DNA of 59,038 nucleotides, counting the filler, from Circinaria calcarea (Eukaryota): assembly GCA_051942165.1 (NCBI GenBank). It is 3 parts of 3 records of this genome, joined end to end, with 100 filler letters (N's around TTAATTAATTAA, not from the genome) between each part and the next. Parts side by side here need not be neighbours in the genome. Positions count along the whole stretch, not along the records: positions 39,444 to 59,038 come from JAVECS010000200.1; 2 more parts are not named here. The stretch is one strand, 5' to 3'. The position numbers and the translations under genes were made by a program. The first letter of the stretch is position 1. The number at the start of each line of letters is the position of its first letter. The notes under the pieces were generated by a model. The model saw only the letters and a program-made list of their open reading frames with translations, had not been told where the DNA came from and searched no databases. Shown piece by piece: positions 49,467-59,038 of the stretch.

Positions 49467-50752
49467 TCACCAGTTAGGTTGAAAACAGGCGGCCGTACGG
49501 GGTAGCTCAAGATGAACTATCGTGGCTGGGTCCTGGTCAGCGGGCGGGAGGACCGGGGTTCCTTTGTACTCGGGGGTCGGTGGCCTCGCAGCGGTCTCGA
49601 AAGCAGTGGTGGTGGTCGCTCCGTCGTCTGCCTCTACTTTAATTCGCTCTGCTTTCAGAGGACGAGGCTTATAATTCGCCAGCGAAGGGTGATCGTTCCA
49701 GCTTTTGCCCTCAGGGTTGCCATTTAGCCTGACGCAGGACAAAAAGTGGCTTTTGATGGTATAAGATTGGGAGAAGGTGCCATTGCAAATGCAACAGGTC
49801 GCTTTGTGGATGATCCCTCTTCCTTCCCTGATCTGGACCTGCATCGGCTTGATTGGAACACTGAATTTGGCCGGCACAGGAATGCCACATGCCGCCGTCT
49901 TACAGCCATCGGTCTCAATGGAGTATATAATCTATATGGTTTCGAGACCATCAGTATCTGACTTCTGCATTTTCAACCTAAGCACGTACGTTGCCCTCCA
50001 CTGGGGACGATGAATTAACGTTTCCTTCATCCTCTTCCCCCTGTTCCCACTCTGAATCATTGTCCGCTCCCTCTCCTCTTTCTGTTACCTCATCCGACAT
50101 TTGCTCTTCTTGTATGGTATTTTCGTGGTACTGTTGGTTTCTCATCGTTAGTATACAGCCTTGTAAAACTTTCCGCAAGAAGCCAATACTCACAGTTGAG
50201 GCTGGCTGTAGTGGAGCTTGTTCATTCACGGGAAGAGTCAGCTTATCATATTTAATATCACACTGCAATGTATCATGTTCTGAGTTAAGATAGGCCATCT
50301 TGTCGTGTGTAGTGTTTCCGAGTCTGAGAGTTACCTTGAATAAAAAATGCATTATAAGGCTGGACTATACTGAAGCTGGGATACCGCGGGTGGAGGGGAC
50401 TCGGCGATAAAGACAGTTCCGATAGCTACCGTCTGTTAGCGATATGTCCTGTCAAGACTCTTTTCAGTTGTGCCTAATCTATCCATGCTGAAGGTCATCT
50501 CATCCATGTTGAAGGTCGTCTCGCAAGCACCCGACTTACTAAACTTGAGCTGAGAGAGTGACGGGGGAGAGGAGGTTGCGGTAAAGGCGATTGTGATTGC
50601 TACAGTCTATTAGCGGTATGTACTGTCGAGACTCCTTTTAATTGTGTCTAGTCTGTCCATGTTGAAGGTCATCTCACAAGTACCCGACTTACCGGATAGG
50701 GCCTTGGACGATTGTCCATGAATTTTTGGTCATGAAGACCGCTTCGAGACAT
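49467..50752 (-). CDS. Hypothetical protein with C2HC zinc finger; 5' exons uncertain (alternative start 50298)
   Basis: CCICNGTFSQSYTIKSHFLSC followed by NGNPEGKSWNDHPS; introns 49989-49932 and 50193-50131; upstream paired introns 50539-50426 and 50692-50600. Confidence 0.55.
50366..50692 (-). repeat. Tandem duplication of an intron + 60-nt exon unit (153 and 174 bp)
   Basis: Both units start GTAAGTCGGGTRCTTGYGAGAYGACCTTCAACATGGA and end GCTAAYAGACKGTAG; unit 2 has an extra 21-nt internal duplication. Confidence 0.85.
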
Positions 50753-50978
50753 CTCTGAGTATAAAAGACAGGTTCGGTTGAGTACTAAAGGCACAACTGT
50801 CACTCTGGATGTGGTTGCTTTCAGTGCAGGAGTATTACATGTTCACATCAGGTGTACTCGTTTGTTATTGTGTAGCGAGCAGAACTATCACATCGCGTCT
50901 CCTTGGTGAACGCTCTGTCATAGGCCAGACCAGTTTTGGCCCAAGCGCACCCTCTCCGCCTACAGTTACTACCAGACT

Positions 50979-51773
50979 CTATCTTGCACTGGCATGCTTG
51001 ATGACAGCATCAGCAACCTCCCCAAGCTCCTTCACTATCACAGTCGGCATTCCAGCGATCCCTTGAACCAGCTCATCTGACCATCCCTTACCCTCTCGAT
51101 CCACCCAAGCTGCCTGCATACCCATTGCTCGGGCACCTACGACATCAAACGGATTCCCACTCACTAGCCACATTTCGCCCATTTCTTCTGCGCTTTTGCC
51201 CTTTGCCACCTTGTCTGCAAGATGATGGTATACCTCCGGACAAGGCTTAAATTTCTTGATCTCTTCCACCGTCACGATTTGGCGGAATGTCGAAGCATAA
51301 GGTCCAAGATCTGGAGATGATTTGACCGAGCTATCAACCATGCTGTCAGTGCCGTTGGAAAACACTACCGCAACTATATTCGAATGGTTCGATAACGTGT
51401 CAAGTGCCGGTGCTACATCTGGGAATGTGGATAGGGAATCATATGCCTTCATTAAAGACTCGACCGCGGCATCATCCAAAGTCAACTCAAAGTCTCGCAA
51501 AGCGTGGCCTAGCGAGTTGCGGGTGATGGTAGAGAATGATTGATACTGGTCTTGGAAGCGGTTAGGGCAGTGTCTGAGATCTAGAGAATTCAAGGTCGCA
51601 CTCATGCTATTGAGTCTCCACGTGTATTCCAATTGATATCTCCTCCACAACCCAGCCAATGACTCTGCTCTCTCTTTTCCACAATGCTTGGACAGCTCCT
51701 CTGCAATGGATCCCGTAGAGAGAAGGGTTCCGTATAGATCAAATGCAACAACAATCTTCTTATCGGAAGACAT
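50979..51773 (-). CDS. HAD-superfamily hydrolase, haloacid dehalogenase type II-like; in-frame intron 51601-51551
   Basis: AFDLYGTLL, WRRYQLEYTWR, FSNGT, KFKP, LVSGNPFDVVGA. Confidence 0.92.
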   Translation of the reverse strand: MSSDKKIVVAFDLYGTLLSTGSIAEELSKHCGKERAESLAGLWRRYQLEYTWRLNSMSATLNSLDLRHCPNRFQDQYQSFSTITRNSLGHALRDFELTLDDAAVESLMKAYDSLSTFPDVAPALDTLSNHSNIVAVVFSNGTDSMVDSSVKSSPDLGPYASTFRQIVTVEEIKKFKPCPEVYHHLADKVAKGKSAEEMGEMWLVSGNPFDVVGARAMGMQAAWVDREGKGWSDELVQGIAGMPTVIVKELGEVADAVIKHASAR

Positions 51774-52042
51774 TGGAAAGCCTGCTGCGAGCAGAGAGAA
51801 TATTCGGTTTGCAGTAAATACAGTTAGAACACTTATCCGTAGGAGTGTCCAACGTACATCAAGAACAAATTAATTTGCTATAATGTCAATGTATTTACAC
51901 GGACTCTGTACTAAATGCCTTCAGGTACCTACTTTTTAAGCCCTCTTGTCATACAGTAAGCGATTGGTCTACGTCAGATATCTACCATAGTAGTACCGTC
52001 ATCATATCAGACCGAGGAACTGCCGGTTTACAGGGAGGGGTA

Positions 52043-52071
52043 ACGCGCTTTGAACAATTCTGATAACGCGT
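52043..52071. promoter_or_regulatory. MCB (MBF-binding) elements upstream of POL2
   Basis: ACGCG at 52043 and ACGCGT at 52066, about 200 bp upstream of a DNA-replication gene. Confidence 0.6.
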
Positions 52072-52274
52072 CGCATATTCGGTGTCCTAAAGTGGTTTTG
52101 CTGGCAACCCAATTGATTTGAAAACCCCATCTCTCGTGTGATCCATCATTCATTCAATATGTGTTTCAAGGTACGGAGTCAGGATTGATAGATCTCTTCT
52201 TCAAGTCAGGCACTATCAGATGCGCTGATGAGTGACTCCACGTCGAACGCGACGCCTTCTCCTCCTTTTCCAAA

Positions 52275-55200
52275 ATGCCCACCCGCAAACCGGATAGAAG
52301 CTTTGGTCGCAACTTCAGATCGGCAAAGTCATCGTTTAACCCTCGACGGACTAATACTATCGATGCGTCGTCCATCCGTGCGAGCGAAGCGACCTCTCAA
52401 AATGAAAAGATCGAAGCCACTCGCCTCGCCCATGCACTCGACGAGTCAATGGGCTTTGCGCGCTACGATTCGGGCAAAAAGAAGGTTGGGTGGTTGTGCA
52501 ATATGCACAGTACATCCGTCGAAGACGAAAAGGTACCGGGGGGCCGAGCGGGCGTGGACTTTTACTTCCTGGAAGAAGATGGAGGCAGTTTCAAGGCCAC
52601 GGTGGAATATGATCCTTATTTTCTGATAGCTGTGAGGCGGGGTCGAGAGGCTGAGGTTGAGGAATGGTGTCGAAGAAAGTTTGAGGGTGTAATTAAGGGA
52701 ATAAAAAGGACTGAAAAGGAGGATCTCCAGATGCCCAATCACCTTCTTGGGTACCGCCGACCATTCTTACAGCTGACATTTGCAAATGTCGGTGACCTAT
52801 TAGGGGCTAGAAAAATTATCATGCCAACGGCCGAGAAGAATAAAAAGAACATGAATGCTATGGATACCTACGCCGAAGTTGCAAGGTGGGTGAAGTTACG
52901 TTCTGTGTTTCTAGACAATTCTGACTTCTTCTCAGTGCTAATGCCGGATTTGACCTTTACGATGATGAACAAGATAATGATAGACGACTTGATGGGATTG
53001 CAGATGCGAGCGATTTTATCGTTGATATTCGAGAATACGACGTTCCTTACCATGTGCGGGTGGCAATTGATAGAGGTACGAGTCACGGCGCAGGGGAGAT
53101 GGATCAACTGCTTACTCTCTCAGATATCCGGATTGGAAAGTGGTACACGGTGGAGGCGAAGCATGGTATCATCAATCTTGCGTGCCTCGAAGAACGATTG
53201 CAGCGAGCCGATCCAATAGTACTGGCCTTCGATATCGAAACCACCAAGCTACCCCTGAAATTCCCTGACGCGGTGATTGACCAGGTCATGATGGTTTCTT
53301 ACATGATCGATGGCGAAGGCTTCCTTATCACAAATAGGGAAATCGTATCCGAGGATATTTCTGATTTCGAATATACTCCAAAGCCTGAGTATCAAGGTCC
53401 ATTCACCATCTTCAACGAGCCTGACGAAAGAGCTGTGCTCGAAAGGTTCTTCCTTCATATCAAAGAGGCGAAACCGACCGTCATTGCCACATATAACGGA
53501 GACTTTTTCGATTGGCCTTTCATCGAGGCGCGGGCTAGCGTTCTCGGTATTGACATGTATCAAGAGATAGGATTTCGGAAGACCAGTGAGGACATATATC
53601 AGAGCAATTACTGTGTTCACATGGATTGCTTTAGCTGGGTCAATCGAGACAGTTACCTGCCTCAAGGGAGCCGAGGTCTGAAAGCCGTGACAGTTGCGAA
53701 ACTTGGATATGATCCCGATGAGCTCGACCCCGAGTTAATGACTCCGTATGCAAGTCAGCAGCCGCAGACCCTCGCCGAGTACTCCGTCTCCGACGCAGTT
53801 GCCACCTATTATTTATACATGAAATATGTCCATCCGTTCATCTTTTCTCTTTGTACAATCATACCACTCAACCCTGATGACGTTTTACGAAAGGGAACTG
53901 GGACTCTGTGCGAGATGTTGCTCATGGTCCAAGCCTATCAGAAAGGCATCGTGCTACCGAACAAGCACAAAGAGCCTAAGGAGACCTTTTGGGATGGACA
54001 CCTACTTGAGTCGGAAACATATGTGGGAGGTCATGTTGAAAGTATCGAAGCGGGCGTCTTCCGCAGTGATATCCCGGTCAATTTTGCCTTGGACACCACA
54101 GCTGTGGATGAGCTCATTCGTGATCTCGATGCGGCTTTAAAGTTCAGTATCACTGTTGAGGAAAAGAAATCACTCGATGATGTTACAAACTATGAGGAAG
54201 TTAAGGCTCAAATTGTTGAAAAGTTAGAGAGTCTCAAGAAAACCCCAAATCGCAATGAGAGACCTTCTATATATCATTTGGATGTTGCTTCCATGTATCC
54301 TAACATCATGACGACAAATCGATTACAACCTGACTCGATGATTCAAGAATCCGATTGTGCAGCCTGTGATTTCAACAGGCCGGGGAAAACCTGCGATCGA
54401 AGGATGCCCTGGTCGTGGCGAGGGGAGTTCCTGCCGGCGAAAAAAAACGAATACAACATGATCCGTCACGCTTTGGAGAATGAGCGATTCCCTGGCAAAT
54501 ACGCCAATAGTCTGGCACGGTCATTCCAGGATTTGGGTATTGATGAACAGGCTAGTATGGTTAAGAAAAGGCTACAGGATTACACTAAGAAGATTTATCA
54601 CAAGATTCATGAGACTAAGACGATTGAACGGGAGGCCATTATATGTCAACGTGAGAATCCTTTCTATGTTGATACTGTCAAGAATTTCCGAGATCGGAGG
54701 TACGACTTCAAGGGCAAGCAGAAAGTCTGGAAAAACAAGACGGAAAGTCTCAAGTCTTCAGGTGCTCCTTCACCAGAAGTAGAAGAGGCGAAGAAGATGA
54801 TTATCCTATTCGACTCGCTCCAACTCGCCCATAAAGTTATTTTGAACAGTTTTTACGGCTATGTTATGCGCAAAGGTTCCCGGTGGTACTCCATGGAAAT
54901 GGCCGGCGTAACCTGTTTGACTGGCGCACATATTATCCAAATGGCTCGAGAACTGGTTGAACGGATAGGACGGCCTTTGGAATTGGACACGGATGGAATA
55001 TGGTGCATGCTTCCTGCTACATTTCCCGAAAACGTCATCTTTACTCTTTCCACCGGCAAGAAGCTTCCCATATCATACCCTTGTGTCATGTTAAACCATC
55101 TTGTTCATGGCAAGTTTACCAACCACCAGTATCAAGAGCTAGTCGACCCTCAAACGTTCAAGTACGAAACCCATAGCGATAATTCAATCTTCTTCGAAGT

Positions 55201-58200
55201 TGATGGGCCATATCGAGCTATGATCCTACCAACGTCAAAGGAAGAGGATAAGAACTTGAAGAAGCGTTATGCGGTGTTTAACCATGACGGTACCCTCGCG
55301 GAACTCAAAGGCTTCGAAGTCAAGCGAAGAGGAGAGCTCAAGCTCATCAAGATCTTTCAAACCCAGATTTTCAAGTTCTTTCTGGAAGGAAGCACCTTGG
55401 CAGAAACCTACGCAGCCGTCGCGCGGGTCGCTAACAAATGGCTTGATGTCCTAGACCAACATGGCTCGACACTTGCTGACGAGGAGCTGATTGACTTGAT
55501 CTGCGAAAACCGGAGCATGTCCAAGACTTTAGAAGAGTATGGAGCACAAAAGTCAACCTCTATTACTACTGCGAAGCGTCTGGCAGAGTTTTTGGGAGAA
55601 CAAATGACCAAGGATAAAGGCTTAAACTGCAAGTATATCATTGCCTCGAAACCTAAAAACGCACCTGTTACGGAGCGAGCCATCCCCGTTGCCATATTTT
55701 CTGCGGATGAATCAGTGAAAAGGTACTTCTTACGAAAATGGATGCGGGATGATCCAGGTGATATGGATCCGAGGACTCTCCTGGATTGGAATTATTACAT
55801 TGAACGACTAGGTTCTGTAATTCAGAAACTCATCACCATTCCAGCAGCATTGCAGAAAATCCGCAACCCGGTTCCACGAATCGGGCATCCTGATTGGCTT
55901 CAGCGGCGGATCAACGTGAAGGACGACAGGATGAAGCAAAGGAAGATGACGGACTTATTTGAAGCAGCTCCACTAATAGAGATGCCAATCAATGTGCTAG
56001 ACCGTGCATTGCCGGGAGCGGATTTGGAGGACTTTGGTCTTACTCAAGTTTCCAAGAGTAAACTCAGCCAAGTGACAAAGACGGCACAAAAGCGTAAGGC
56101 CTCTGAAGCTCAAGAATCCGTTGCTACAGATCCTTTTGCAAGTCTGCCTGCAAAGATGCCATCCATGACCGAGGACTACGCAGGTTTTCTCAGGTATCAG
56201 AAGAAAAAGTGGAAGATTCAAAAAGAAGCACGTAGACGGCGACGGCAACTTTTTGGGGAGAGAAGCAATCAGGCATCAGACTCTCTCGGAGGCTTCTTCA
56301 GAAATCAAGCAGAACTACTGTTCACGAACACCTGGCAGGTTTTGCAGTTGCGGGAATCTGATACCCCAGGCGTGGTACGCGCTTTCGTATTAATTGATAG
56401 GAAGATACACATTCTAACGGTGAAGGTTCCGCGACAAGTGTTTCTGAACCTAAAAGGTAAAGATCTGCCGGACGTATCAATTGAGAATTGCCAGGTCCAA
56501 AAAGTCACACACTCTTTACCGAACGGGCATCCGTCGGTCCACCTCTTCAAGCTTACTATGTCGGAGCAAGTGTATGTGGATGAGGCCCAGAAGCTGGCAG
56601 TCCTCTTCAATCACCCGAGCGTGGAAGGGGTTTATGAGAAGCAAGTCCCTCTTACTGTACGTGCTGTTCTCAGTCTAGGCAGCTTATGCACCTTCGATGA
56701 TACCCAGAAAGGGGTCCTTGGAAAAGGATTAGAACACGGATTTGATCTTCCTACGCTGCGGAGAACCACGGCGAAACAATCCTATCTTTCTCAGAACGTG
56801 ATGGGTTATATATTCTTTTACCATGTTGTGGCTGGAGATCGGCAAGTCTTTGCCTTGTTCTCCACCACCAAGAATGAAGCCCACATCGTTATACTGAATC
56901 GAACCAAAGATACTCAGGGTCTTCCCAATGTCGACAAAATATACTCGGATACGCTAGGTCGCAAGCTACGAGAGAATGAGGGTGAGCAGTGGCAGAACGA
57001 ATTTGAATATCAATCAAGGATCCACTTCAAAACAACTCAAGTCACAACCAAACGTAAGGCATACCTCGAGGTTGCTGACGCGCTCAAGAAGCTGGAGAAG
57101 GATAAGGACGATATTAAGCCAATGATGCTAGTTGTTCAGTCTCCTCACAGACGTATGCTTCTCCATGATATACCGATAATGAAGGAATTTCCTATCTTAG
57201 CCTTAAAACACGAGACCTCAGACAGTGCTCTGCCTCCGCTTGGCTGGCAAGCTTTTGTCTTCAAGCGATTGATAGCACATTATCTTGGTTTGGGGTCGTG
57301 GATCACACATCTCACGGAGCTCGCTCGATATGGAGATATTCCTCTTTGTAATCTCGAAAAGGATGACCCTCGTTTTCTCATTGATATCGCCTACGCGCGT
57401 AGGCTTCAGAAGAGTAATGTTGTGCTCTGGTGGTCTAACGGTCCTCGTCCTGACCATGCAGGATACGAAAAGGACGATATTATTGGGTCGATGGAGACAG
57501 TGGAGATGCCGGCCATCAACCATCCTGGAACATATTCTTCGGTCTGTATTGAGCTGGATTTGAGAAACTTGGCCATCAATACGATCCTCACTTCTTCCCT
57601 CATCAACGAGCTTGAAGGTACTGATTCGATGGCGTTCAATCCTGCAGCACCATCTGACGGCGAGCCAACCGATGGCACCGGTGTGCTCTACTCAGACAAC
57701 GCCTTTGCCTCCGTCGGTATCACCGTACTGAGAGAAATGGTCAAGGCTTGGTGGACGGAGGCTTGTAAGGGCAGTACCATGGCAGATGTCATGGTCCAGC
57801 ACCTAGTCCGATGGGTGGAGAACACGGATTCTTTTCTCTATGATCGTTCCTTGCACTATTATGTGCAGATGATGTCGAAAAAGGCATTCCAACAGCTCAT
57901 GACGGATTTCAAACGGGTTGGCTCCCATATCGTCTTCGCCAACGCAAATCGTCTACTCCTTCAAACCACCAAAGCAGAAGTTGGGAATGCGTATGCGTAC
58001 AGTCAATATATCCTCAAGTCCATCAAAGCAAAACCTCTTTTCCACTTTCTTGACCTCGACATCAAGGAGTACTGGGACTACCTCGTCTGGTACGATGAAT
58101 TCAATTACGGTGGCAAGGCTTGCCAAGAAGTCGTTGAAGCTGAGTCGCAGACGTTGGACACGATTATGCATTGGCAGCTGAGCACCTTTTTGCCTCCAAC

Positions 58201-59038
58201 CTATCAACCCATTTTTCACAACTGGGTTATTGAGTTCATCGACCTCATGCACAGCTTCAAACGACCTCGTCTTCCCACCGACACTGACATCCCTTTGAGC
58301 ACTCCTCGTCCTACCCAACTACCTGTGCGAAAGCTCGCCGGAGATGATGATGATGACCCTTCTGAGAGGACTAAGGAGCTTGTCTCCAAATCTATTTCCA
58401 AGCCACTGAAGCGACAAATCATCGCCTTAATCTCTCGATATAGAGCCGAATTCGCCCATCCAACCCTCGCTGATGACTACATCTTTCCCATCCTCCCGGG
58501 CTCTCACCTGAACTTACAAAACGTACCTCCAGTTTTGCAGCTCTGTAAATCGATCATGCACGTCTTCTCCCTCGACAAAGGCTTAGAGTTTGACATTCGC
58601 CTCCTCCGGAAAGAACTCTTGGCACTTTTCGAGATCCGAGAGTTCAGTGCCGAAGCTCGTTTTGTCAATCCAAGCTCAAGTCTCCGGTTGGAGCAAGTCA
58701 TTTGCGAAAACTGCACCATGGCACGCGATCTCGAGCTCTGTCGGGACGAAGACCTCCTCCCCTCTCCGCCTCAAAAGGACATCACCAACAGCAACAAGGC
58801 CGAAATCAAACCGTGGCGCTGTCCCACCTGCACGCATGAATACTCCCGTCTGGCGATCGAAGAGCGGCTGATCGCGCGAGTCCAGAAGGTGGTGGTGGAA
58901 TGGCAGACGCAAGATCTGAAATGCGGGAAATGCAGGAGCGTGCGGGTGAATGAGTTCATGGAGCATTGCGGGTGCAGCGGTGTGTGGGTGGGGACTGTGA
59001 ATCGGGGGAAGGTGGTGGAGGGTTTGAGGGTGGTGGAG
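52275..59038 (+). CDS. POL2: DNA polymerase epsilon catalytic subunit (3' end just beyond the window); introns 52886-52935, 53076-53123
   Basis: Exo I LAFDIETTK, SYLPQGS, HLDVASMYPNI, CysX CAACDFN..C, ELDTDG, C-terminal CysA (CENC..CPTC) and CysB (CGKC..HCGC). Confidence 0.98.

Noticed and set aside
50482..50676. CRISPR-like 21-nt repeats
   Set aside because: Eukaryotic context, irregular spacing; explained by the duplicated introns.
53124..59038. Apparent absence of a long ORF, or an intein, in POL2
   Set aside because: The frame is unterminated at the window edge so the track omits it; length and motif spacing fit a normal Pol2.

Overview
Eukaryotic, intron-rich filamentous ascomycete (Pezizomycotina) DNA with short GT-AG introns and CTRAC-type branch points. 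The accessory gene families look lichen-fungus-like, which is inference only. Two 100-nt scaffold gaps carry an artificial TTAATTAATTAA linker (19623-19722, 39344-39443). Core genes: mitochondrial-type HMG-box protein, PRP5, a small N-myristoylated protein, a Zap1/ZafA-like zinc-finger TF, CBC1/STO1, GSK3, TOM40, a PFK-2/FBPase-2-like gene, ELP2, CAF16, MOD5, an HNH protein, a HAD hydrolase and POL2 (runs off the end). Accessory stretch ~9.8-19.6 kb: DUF3632 gene, MITE-like inverted repeat, secreted RNase T1-family gene, a pair of paralogs (one retaining two KP4/Ecp2-like domains) separated by an F-box pseudogene. Accessory stretch ~39.4-50.8 kb: a HeLo-like + ankyrin protein with no NACHT/NB-ARC but an embedded RHIM-like motif, a RIP-like AT-rich relic, orphan genes, and a gene with two homologous intron-exon units. 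Best novelty candidate is the HeLo-like/RHIM-like/ankyrin protein. All family calls are from motif recognition by eye, not database searches.
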